Source: Planctomycetota bacterium
Lineage (GTDB): Bacteria; Planctomycetota; GCA-002687715; DRQF01
Assembly (NCBI GenBank): GCA_027001995.1
Contig: JALTLO010000149.1
Location: forward strand, 1 to 28,048
Direction of reading: 5' to 3'
DNA: 28,048 nucleotides
Part shown: positions 17,329 to 26,500 of the stretch, piece after piece
How the letters are laid out: each line of letters begins with the position of its first letter
How positions within the stretch are numbered: the stretch's first letter is position 1
Made by a program: the position numbers and the translations under genes
Notes under the pieces: model-generated
Database searches by the model: none
What the model was told of the DNA's origin: nothing
The model's input: only the letters and a program-made list of their open reading frames with translations

Positions 17329-20300
17329 GCAGCTCTTTCTCCGAGGACCGCCTGGTCCAGAAAACGACCGCCGAGTACTTCGAGGACACCCTCGAATGGG
17401 AGTCCATCTATGCCTACAACTCCGAGAAGATGGGCGAGGGCGGGACACTTGGGCGTAACAACGAGCATGAAATTGTCCTCACCAAGTTCCTGCTCCCGAA
17501 GCTCAGGGAGCTAAACCCCGACCTTCCCGAAAAGGTCTACCAAGAGGCAGTCGACCAACTTACGGCATCCAACGCTTCAAAGACGCTTTTGAATGCGAAC
17601 CGTGACCTCTACGACCTCATCCGCGACGGCGTCAGGGTGGAGTACAAGGCCGATGATGGTACTCGGCGCACACCACGTCTGAAGGTCATCGACTTCGACA
17701 ACCCCGACACCAACCACTTTCTTGTGGTTCGGGAGATGTGGGTCAAAGGAATCAACGGCTCGCCTTACCGAAAGCGACCTGACATCATGGGTTTTGTGAA
17801 CGGTCTTCCTTTATTGTTCATAGAGCTGAAGAAGAGCACCAAGAACGTCAAGACTGCCTACGAGAAGAACCTCAAGGACTACCTCGACACGATTCCCCAC
17901 CTCTTTTTTCACAACGCGCTCTGCATGTTGAGCAACGGCATCGAGGCGCGTGTCGGGACGATGGTCAGCCCCTATGAGTACTTCCACGAGTGGAAACGTA
18001 TTGACGAAGATGATGCGGGGGTTGTGCATTGGCAGACTATGCTCAAGGCGCTCTGCGACAAGCGGCGTTTCTTAGATGTGGTGGAAAGCTTCATAATCTT
18101 TGATGATAGTCCAAGTAGCGGGACTATTAAGGCAATGGCGGCGAACCATCAGTTCATGGGGGTCAACAAGGCCTTTCGTGCCGTTCAAGACCGCGACGTT
18201 CGTAAAGGACGGTTAGGTGTTTTCTGGCACACCCAAGGTTCTGGCAAGTCGTACTCAATGCTGTGCCTGAGTCAGAAGGTACATCGCAAAGTGGCTGGCT
18301 CCTTTACCTTTGTCATCCTTACGGACAGAAAAGAGCTGGATGACCAGATCGCCAAAACCTTTGCCGGTTGTGGTGCCGTGGGTGAGGCCAAGGCCGTTCA
18401 TGCAAGCACAGGTAAACATCTGAAGAAGCTCCTCCAAGAAGACCACCGCTACATCTTCACTTTGGTCCACAAGTTCAACTTGGACGATGATGGGCCGTAT
18501 ACCCAACGTGAAAATGTGATTGTCATCGCCGACGAAGCACATCGCACGCAGTCAGGCAAGCTTGCTGAGAACATGCGGCGAGTGCTCCCGAATGCTTCTT
18601 TCATCGCCTTTACAGGCACCCCATTGATGAAAAGTGAAGATGATCAGCTCACTCGGCAAATCTTTGGTGAGTACGTTTCCACTTACGATTTCCGCCGCGC
18701 CATCGAAGACAAGGCGACGGTACCGCTCTTTTATGACAACCGTGGAGAGAAACTCGACTTGGCGACCTCAAACATTAACGACCGCATCGCCGATGAGTTG
18801 GAGAAATACGACCTTGATCAAGACCAAGAAGCGAGCCTGAGTCGGTACCTGTCGAAGGACTACCACATTCTTACCGCTGACGACCGACTTGATCGCATTG
18901 CCCGTGACATGACCGCCCACTATTCAAAACGCTGGGAAACCGGAAAGGCAATGTACGTTGCGCTCGACAAGGTTACTTGTGTTCGCATGCATGATCTCTT
19001 CGTGAAGTATTGGGACGGAGAGGTAAAGCGGCAGCAGAAGCTTGTAGAGAGTATGAAGGCCGAAGGAGAGGACCTGAAGGCGAAGCTCAAAGATGAGGTG
19101 GATGATACGAGGGTTCGCGTGCTTGCAGCCCAAGCTTCAAGGCTCGACACCGAAGTGCGAAAACTCGAATGGCTCGACAGCACCGAGGCTTGCGTCGTAG
19201 TCAGTGAGGAGCAAAACGAGGTCACGCGCTTCAAGGAGTGGGGGATCGACATTGTCCCGCATCGTGCGAGGATGAAGAGTCAAGATTTGGCAGAGGAGTT
19301 CAAAAAACCCGGCAGCTCGTTCCGCGTGGTCTTTGTGTGTGCGATGTGGCTGACGGGCTTTGATGTTCCGAGTCTTTCGACGATGTATCTCGACAAACCC
19401 ATGAAGGGGCACACGTTGATGCAGGCCATTGCGCGGGCCAACCGCAAGGCCAAAGGCAAAAACAACGGGCACCTGGTGGATTACAACGGGATGCTCAAGA
19501 GCCTCCGAGCCGCACTGGCTACATATGGTGGCGGTAACACGGGGGGAGCTGGTGGAGCCGAAGGCCCCACCAAGCCTATGGAGGAGCTACTCAAGGAGTT
19601 TGTGGAAGCACTCACTTCATGCGGGGACCACCTCAAAGAGTGCGGCTTTGATCTCAAAGATCTGGTCAAGGCCAAGGGCTTCGACAAATTGGCACTACTT
19701 GATAAGGCCAACGAGAACTCCGCGGTGAATGCCGTCTGTCGAAATGACAAGACCCGAGTCACGTTTGAGGTGCTGGCACGGGAAGTATTCAAGAAGCGGA
19801 AGGCGCTAATTTCAGAGCCTCAAATGATCGGACCGTATCGGCACAAAGCAGATGGTGTTGATGCCATCTACAAACGGCTGAGCGAGAACAAGGACGCCGC
19901 TGACATCACGAAGATCATGATGGCGTTACGCGGTATCATCAGCGATAGCGTGGTTCATGAGGAAGGGCACAGACTGCCGGGTGAGTATTCGGGGAAGACC
20001 TTTGACATCAGCGATATCGACTTTGACAAGTTGAGTCGTGAGTTTGAAGGGAATAGTAACAAGAACACCACGGTGCAGTCCATGAAGGATGCAGTCGAGA
20101 AAAAGCTGAAAAAGATGATCAAGAACAACCCGCTTCGTACCAATTTCGAAGAACGGTACCGCGAGATCATCAAGGAGTACAACAAAGAAACGGACCGAGT
20201 AACCATCGAGGAGACATTCGCTCAGCTGATAGCCTTCGTAGATGAACTCTCGATGGAATATCAGCGGGCCGTTCAAGAAGGCTTGAGTGAAGATCACCTT

Positions 20301-20609
20301 GCTGTCTTTGACCTTCTGGTCCAATCCAAAGACGAACTCAAGACGCGAAGTCGGAACAAAGTGAAAGAGATTGCCACCGAGCTACTCACTGCCATTAAGT
20401 TTGAGCTATCCAAACTGGACAACTGGAGAGAGACGCGGCAGACCCAGGCGCAAGTGAAACGAATGATTCACGACCACCTCTATAGTGATAAGACAGGGCT
20501 CCCCGTCGATGATTACACTCCGGAAGATGTCTCGACTTTGGCAGATGTAATCTATCTCCATGTGTATGAGAACTATGTCGACTTCTCTTGGAAATCGGTT
20601 TCGGCCTGA
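17325..20609 (+). CDS. hsdR: Type I restriction endonuclease subunit
   Basis: Nuclease RPD...NGLPL..IELK; helicase motifs HTQGSGKS, DEAHR, FTGTP, MWLTGFD and QAIARANR. Confidence 0.96.
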   Translation: MSSSFSEDRLVQKTTAEYFEDTLEWESIYAYNSEKMGEGGTLGRNNEHEIVLTKFLLPKLRELNPDLPEKVYQEAVDQLTASNASKTLLNANRDLYDLIRDGVRVEYKADDGTRRTPRLKVIDFDNPDTNHFLVVREMWVKGINGSPYRKRPDIMGFVNGLPLLFIELKKSTKNVKTAYEKNLKDYLDTIPHLFFHNALCMLSNGIEARVGTMVSPYEYFHEWKRIDEDDAGVVHWQTMLKALCDKRRFLDVVESFIIFDDSPSSGTIKAMAANHQFMGVNKAFRAVQDRDVRKGRLGVFWHTQGSGKSYSMLCLSQKVHRKVAGSFTFVILTDRKELDDQIAKTFAGCGAVGEAKAVHASTGKHLKKLLQEDHRYIFTLVHKFNLDDDGPYTQRENVIVIADEAHRTQSGKLAENMRRVLPNASFIAFTGTPLMKSEDDQLTRQIFGEYVSTYDFRRAIEDKATVPLFYDNRGEKLDLATSNINDRIADELEKYDLDQDQEASLSRYLSKDYHILTADDRLDRIARDMTAHYSKRWETGKAMYVALDKVTCVRMHDLFVKYWDGEVKRQQKLVESMKAEGEDLKAKLKDEVDDTRVRVLAAQASRLDTEVRKLEWLDSTEACVVVSEEQNEVTRFKEWGIDIVPHRARMKSQDLAEEFKKPGSSFRVVFVCAMWLTGFDVPSLSTMYLDKPMKGHTLMQAIARANRKAKGKNNGHLVDYNGMLKSLRAALATYGGGNTGGAGGAEGPTKPMEELLKEFVEALTSCGDHLKECGFDLKDLVKAKGFDKLALLDKANENSAVNAVCRNDKTRVTFEVLAREVFKKRKALISEPQMIGPYRHKADGVDAIYKRLSENKDAADITKIMMALRGIISDSVVHEEGHRLPGEYSGKTFDISDIDFDKLSREFEGNSNKNTTVQSMKDAVEKKLKKMIKNNPLRTNFEERYREIIKEYNKETDRVTIEETFAQLIAFVDELSMEYQRAVQEGLSEDHLAVFDLLVQSKDELKTRSRNKVKEIATELLTAIKFELSKLDNWRETRQTQAQVKRMIHDHLYSDKTGLPVDDYTPEDVSTLADVIYLHVYENYVDFSWKSVSA

Positions 20610-20731
20610 ATGAATCGATTCTTCTTGATTCTGGCAAGTCGAAGCGTGTTCCAGTGCTTTAGTAATGTAGAGAATCCAAAGTGGTCACTTCTCGGGACAA
20701 ACTGAAGTGACCGACAGCAGAAAGGAACTGC

Positions 20732-21454
20732 ATGGCGGTATCCAATACTATTCAAGATGCAGAGCGAAGTACTCGTAAACAAAAGAAGTGGGCAATTCTC
20801 GGTACTCTTATTTGGTTCGGAGCCGCCATCATCTTGGCGTGTTTCAAATCAGGTAGTATTGCCTCTTTGAAACTAAATGAAATCGGCGACTTTATGGCTG
20901 GCGTCTTTGCTCCACCGGCATTCTTTTGGTTGATTTGTGGCTACTTCATGCAATCGCGAGAACTGCGCTTACAGGCTGAAGAGATCGTTCTCACTCGGGA
21001 CGAACTAAAGAATCAAGTTGCAGCTTCAGCGAAAGCTGCTGTCGAGGCGAAATGGGCGAACGAATACGAACTCAGAAGGAATCAGGCCCAGCTCGTTCTT
21101 GTTCTTGAACCGATATCAGGAATGATAATGATCAAGAATGAATCGCTTGATGGCTCAATGAAGGTCGCGTTTTCACTTCGAGTTGTGTGCGTGTTGGAGG
21201 ATGGCACTGAAGAAGACTTCGCCCAGTTGGGCGATCTTTGGCCTGGTGCGCATCTCCAAGTGGGATCGGTGGAATGTAGCTCGTCAATTCAAATTGAAAC
21301 GCTCTACTCTGACGGCCTCGGTTTGTTCTGGAGACTGAGAAATCGACTCACGCTTGGCCGCGACGAAATTCCTGTGCTGACTCAAAGCCATCCGCTGGAA
21401 TTAAGAGGCAAGGAAGATGATGATTCTGGGTTTTATCAAGGCTCAATTGGGTAA
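20732..21454 (+). CDS. Hypothetical membrane protein (2 TM, coiled coil, beta-rich C-terminus)
   Basis: Hydrophobic WAILGTLIWFGAAIILACF and LNEIGDFMAGVFAPPAFFWLICGYFMQSREL segments. AAGGA RBS. Confidence 0.75.
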   Translation: MAVSNTIQDAERSTRKQKKWAILGTLIWFGAAIILACFKSGSIASLKLNEIGDFMAGVFAPPAFFWLICGYFMQSRELRLQAEEIVLTRDELKNQVAASAKAAVEAKWANEYELRRNQAQLVLVLEPISGMIMIKNESLDGSMKVAFSLRVVCVLEDGTEEDFAQLGDLWPGAHLQVGSVECSSSIQIETLYSDGLGLFWRLRNRLTLGRDEIPVLTQSHPLELRGKEDDDSGFYQGSIG

Positions 21455-21582
21455 GCTGGGGAATACGAGTGCCAAGAACTTAATCATCGCAATTCGATAA
21501 CTGAATTTTTTCTTGAATTTGTTGCGTTGAGAGTAACTGATTCTTGCCAAGAAAATGAAAGAAACAAGGGCTTGCCAATTTA

Positions 21583-22332
21583 ATGAGAATTCAAAGGATC
21601 AAAATCGACCGAGAAAAAGTTGCATCAATGCCTGATGACGAACGCATCTGTCTTCTCTCGTTTTCTCACGCAGCCAACGAGCTGTCCTTCCTAGACCGCA
21701 CCCTCTATTGCACGAAACCCGACGACGCCGATGATGCCGATCACACGAATGCTCAGCAGGCATACTTTTTCTTTTTCTTGCGGTCACTTGCTGGAAAGTC
21801 ATTCGAATCCTGGAAACTTATTCGGACAAACTACTTGTCGTGTATCTTGGGGCGATCAAATCGTACCTATTTGTCAGAGGCTGGATCGACGAGCCTTGAT
21901 TTCTTGAAGAAGTACTTTGGAAAAACCAATGTGATCAGCACAATTCGTAATGACTTTGCTTCCCACTTTTCGCCAAAACGCCTCGATGAGCGATTCAAAG
22001 ATTCGAGTGCAGATCTTCTGCTGTACTTCGAAGAGGACCGGAATTTCAACACGGTTTATTGTTTTGCAGAAGATCTTGTGAGTGGTGAAGTATGGGACTT
22101 GGTCGATGGTGACAGTGAATTCGCGAAAATGCTGACTGTCTATGTGGAAGTTCGTGACGTAGCAAAGCACCTCTTGGTTTTTATCGAGGCTTTTCTTGAG
22201 TCGTTGGTCGACCGATATCAGCTGAATAACTTGGCCGAGCTACCGCGTGAAATTGATGTCCGTGGGCTACCTGATTTTGAAACAATGAGAATGCGTTGGT
22301 TCGTCGATACTGACAGAGTTGCTGACCTGTAA
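21583..22332 (+). CDS. Hypothetical protein, putative HEPN-like RNase
   Basis: Helical-looking protein with an RX5H motif (IRNDFASHF). Confidence 0.55.
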   Translation: MRIQRIKIDREKVASMPDDERICLLSFSHAANELSFLDRTLYCTKPDDADDADHTNAQQAYFFFFLRSLAGKSFESWKLIRTNYLSCILGRSNRTYLSEAGSTSLDFLKKYFGKTNVISTIRNDFASHFSPKRLDERFKDSSADLLLYFEEDRNFNTVYCFAEDLVSGEVWDLVDGDSEFAKMLTVYVEVRDVAKHLLVFIEAFLESLVDRYQLNNLAELPREIDVRGLPDFETMRMRWFVDTDRVADL

Positions 22333-22445
22333 TGCTGCCACGATTGATCCTTCTGAATCCGGCTATAACCGAATTCCCAAATAGCATTGGTTTGGCATAA
22401 TTACAATGATCGGAAATCCAAGGTGTGTCGAAGAAGGAGTCGATA

Positions 22446-23594
22446 ATGAGTGAAAATTACGACATCGTGACACGAGAGGAACTCTATGAGCAGGCTTGGG
22501 CCACGCCGATGGTGGAGCTGGCCAAGAAGTATCGCCTGTCGGACGTAGGTTTGGCAAAACTCTACAAAGAACTGAAGATTCCACGGCCCCCAGTCGGGCA
22601 TTGGGCCAAGGTCCAAGCTGGCAAGAGGGTCCGTCGGAAACGACTGCCGAAAGCGAAGGAAGGCGCGCCGACTGCGATGCGCTTCAATCTTGACTGGCAG
22701 CCTCCAAGTCGCCAGAACCTTGCGCCTGAGTTCGGAGAGTGGCTTGAGGAATCCAAACGGATCTTAACGGCAGTCGTTCCGAAGACACTCGAATTTCCTC
22801 ACCCACTCGTGGCCGATGCGCTGAAAGTGTTTGGCCGCGCTAAGTCAAACCAAGGTCACCTTGAGCGGGGCTACCAGTCCATTGTTCTTGACTTGAGAGT
22901 AAGTGAGTCAAGTCTCGATCGCGCGCTTCGAATCATGGACGCCCTACTTGGAGCATGTGAGAGCTTGGGGGTTACGATTGAACTCTCAACCGACCGTGCC
23001 AATGGAATGAGTGCCACCAAGGATGGCGTTGGCGTTCGTTTTTGGCTTCACGAAAAGATCGAACGGCGGAAGCTGCCCAAGAAGAGGAACGACTTCTTCA
23101 CCGATCATGAGTACCTCCCGACCGGCATCATGTGTGTCCGCATTCCCATCCAGTTTGGCAAGGACACACGGCGGGTCTGGGCAGATGGAACGAAACAGCG
23201 GCTTGAGGATTGCGTTGTAGCTATTGCAATCGGACTTGCCCGGGCTGTCGAAAGTGAACGAGTTTGCCTAATTGAACGTGCGGAACGGGAACGCCAATGG
23301 GCCTTGAAGCGAGAAGAGGAACGGCGGATTGCTGAAGAACGAGCCAGGATTCGTCGTGAAGAAGAAGAACGTCGAGCAGACCTAATCGATGAGTGTGATC
23401 GATGGCATCAAGCGAAACGTATCCGAGAGTATCTCGAAGCGGTCAAGGATAATTCCGCTGGCGACTGTGCCGTTGGACCCACCAAGGAATGGTTGGAGTG
23501 GTCTACTCGATTTGCTGACGAGTTGGACCCGCTTAGCGATCAGCAAAGCAGGACCGAAGGCACTCCAAGAATGGGTAGAGGCAACCATCCGTGA
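22446..23594 (+). CDS. Conserved hypothetical protein with N-terminal HTH and C-terminal charged coiled coil
   Basis: TREELYEQAWATPMVELAKKYRLSDVGLAK...IPRPPVGHWAK HTH-like start; W.DG..QRLED; E/R-rich coil; WLEW...ADELDPL. AAGGAG RBS before ATG 22446. Confidence 0.8.
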   Translation: MSENYDIVTREELYEQAWATPMVELAKKYRLSDVGLAKLYKELKIPRPPVGHWAKVQAGKRVRRKRLPKAKEGAPTAMRFNLDWQPPSRQNLAPEFGEWLEESKRILTAVVPKTLEFPHPLVADALKVFGRAKSNQGHLERGYQSIVLDLRVSESSLDRALRIMDALLGACESLGVTIELSTDRANGMSATKDGVGVRFWLHEKIERRKLPKKRNDFFTDHEYLPTGIMCVRIPIQFGKDTRRVWADGTKQRLEDCVVAIAIGLARAVESERVCLIERAERERQWALKREEERRIAEERARIRREEEERRADLIDECDRWHQAKRIREYLEAVKDNSAGDCAVGPTKEWLEWSTRFADELDPLSDQQSRTEGTPRMGRGNHP

Positions 23595-26500
23595 GCCCAC
23601 AGGACAAAAAGAGCTTGCCGATGTGGTCCCCGGAGAGCCTCTCGCCGCGACGTCAGATCTTACAGAAGACACACGGTGAGATCCGTAGTTTCTTGGATGA
23701 GGTCGCGAATGGGACTTCACGGTATAGAAGTCTCCATAATCTGACGGAACAGGTCGAGCACCAATATCATGGGCGATTCCTACTTGAGCTCATTCAGAAC
23801 GCCCACGATGCTCTGCCTTCGAATCCACAGAAAGGCCGCAAGGCACGGATCGAGATTGTTCTTGTCCCAGATGAGGGTATTTTCGGAACTCTCTACGTTG
23901 CGAACGACGGTAGTCCGTTCTCACGATCAAACTTTGTAGCGCTGTCGAACCTCGGGCAAAGCGACAAAGACCCCGAGAAGTCCATTGGGAACAAGGGCAT
24001 TGGATTTCGCAGTGTTCTTGAGATCGCCCGAAGTCCTGAGGTCTATTCGCGTGTTAGTTCTGATTCGCTTACTTTTGATGGATTTTGTTTTTCCTTCCGA
24101 TCTGACGTCGCTTCCAGATTCGACGATCCGATTCGCTTACTTGCCTCCGGTGATGGTGGCGCTTTGTCGCCCATCGAGCGCGAGGTTGCGCTCGTCGATT
24201 GGAGCGATGATCGACTTCGCGAGTTCTCGCGACAATGTGGGCAGCACGGTGATCATTGGATTAGCCGTCAGTTGGAGTACCTGTCGCCTTACGCTTTGCC
24301 ACTCCTCATGGGGCGCGAAGATTTGTCACCCTGCATTAGGCGATTCCAAGACAGCGGTGCAGCAAGTGTTATCCGCCTGCCGATCGAGAGTAAATCGGCT
24401 TTGGCAAGCGTTCTTGCCGCTGTTGAGCAGCTTGGCGACGAGACGATACTCTTCTTGGATCGAGTAACGTCCCTTCGGATCGAAACGCCGGATCGCGTGG
24501 TGACTTTCCGTCGGAGCACCGCTCAACTTCCTCTTGACGTTCAGGGCGGTGCAGAGGTAAAGATTACGAAGGACTCTGGATCCGAGGAATTGAATTCATC
24601 CACTCGATACTGGATGTGGCTTCGGTCGGTCGGGGGCGCTGATGATTCTGATGGCGAAGAGGAGATCCGCGAAACGGTTACAGCCTTGCCTGGTAAATGG
24701 CCAAGTGTCAAGACGGCAACAGTCTCGGTCGCAGTTCCGATCGAGACGAGACCCACCAGTGGGTCCTTGAGCATCTTTCTGCCAACGAAAGTCCCAAGCG
24801 GTTTTTCAGCACACTTGAATGCAAGTTTCTTCGGGGACATGAGTCGAACAGACGTATCGTTTGATCATCCTTACAATTTGCTTCTGCTGCGAGTGGCCGC
24901 AAGGTTGGTGGTTACAATCGTAGTCGAGTTCCTTGCCAAGAAGGGTGAAGTTGAAGCGAGAGCCATTGTCGACCTCATTGCACCACGCGATGGCGTAGCT
25001 GGGGAACGGTGGTGGAGGGAAATCTGCTTTGAGTTCGATACACGTGGCGTCAAGCTCGCGTCAGAGGAGATTCTGCTTCATCAGACTGGTTGGGGCGCCC
25101 TCGAAAGCGTGAGTCGGCTTCCAAATGTCCCCGAGCCTCGCTCCTGTACACCGGAAATAATCCGCGATTATGCGAGTTTCAGCGTCTTGGCAGAGGGGCT
25201 GGATTCGAGGGCTGATCTTGTCCAGGAGATTTTTCGGTCAGCTGGGATTAAATGCGATCCGTTACCGGAGCGGATTGCCGAGACCATTGAGAGGATCGCT
25301 TCAGCCATACTCAACGGAGAAATCAACGTCGAGTGGAACGACTTCTGGTATGACGCCAGGCGTTTGCTCCCTGGAAACCCAGGAGAATTGCGCGAACGCC
25401 TCGTCTTTTTGGGAACGGACGGCTATCTCCACAGCGCGGATAACGAGTCGTTCGTCTTCTTCAGGCCTCAGAGACTTGGTCCGGACGACGAAGTGGATGA
25501 ATTGGCCTCAGTTGAGGTCATCCCTTCAAGCCTTCAGGGTTTGGTCGCTTTTCTCCATGAGGATATTCGGACGCACACTCGGAATGAGCGAAATCGATTG
25601 GAGCCGAACGCGCTTCATCGGTGGCTTTCTCAAGGGCTGGTGACCTCATTTGGCGTTGAGTCGATTCTTCGAAACGTCTTGATACCCGCAGTCGCCGAGC
25701 TAGGACCCTCAGCCGAAGGTCAGACGGAAGAGAGATTGGCGGATGTGCTTCATTGGGGGATCGCCCTGGTGCGCAAGTTGCTTGCGAGGGACAAGGGGCA
25801 GACAGCGCTTCCGCTGTTGGGTCGGCTTCGCGCACCATGCGTCGGTGGTTGGTATCGAATCGCCGAGTGTTCCTTTGGACGCGGCTGGGAAGGTACAAAG
25901 GGAGCAGATGTCGAAGACTATCTTCTTGAGGCGGCCACGACGGAGTCGCGCGAGGCGGCCAATCGGCTTCTCCTTTCGCCGTCTGACTCCAGATGGGGAA
26001 CGCTTGGATCTAGCGCGCAAGACCTACTTTCCTCTGCCGGTGTCATTGACGGGATCCGGCCAATTGACATTGAAAGTCGCGAATGGAAGGCTACCTGCAC
26101 ATCATCACAAGTTGATGGGGTTCAACTGCCACATACGCCTCCTCCATGTTTTCCTCCAGAGTATTGGGAGAGTTATCGCGAGTACGTGCATAAGTCAGTC
26201 AAGCCTCAGTACACGGGCCGATTTGAGTATAAGATTCGATCGTTTTATAGTGTACCTGGCTTGGACGCAATCAGCAGATTTGATCCTTCTATGCTTCGCT
26301 CTTTGTCGAAGTCAATCCTTGCTTCAATGCGGCACTGGAAAGGCGGCTGGACTTCGGTTGGTCTAATGAAGACGACCGGCGAGCCGCACATTCTACGGGC
26401 GAAGTCACCATTGGCATTCGCTCTTCAGCATTCACGTTGGCTGACGGACGGCATCGTAGAACCGTTTCCTCCAACCGACAGGTGGTTCTTGGCCCCTAGC

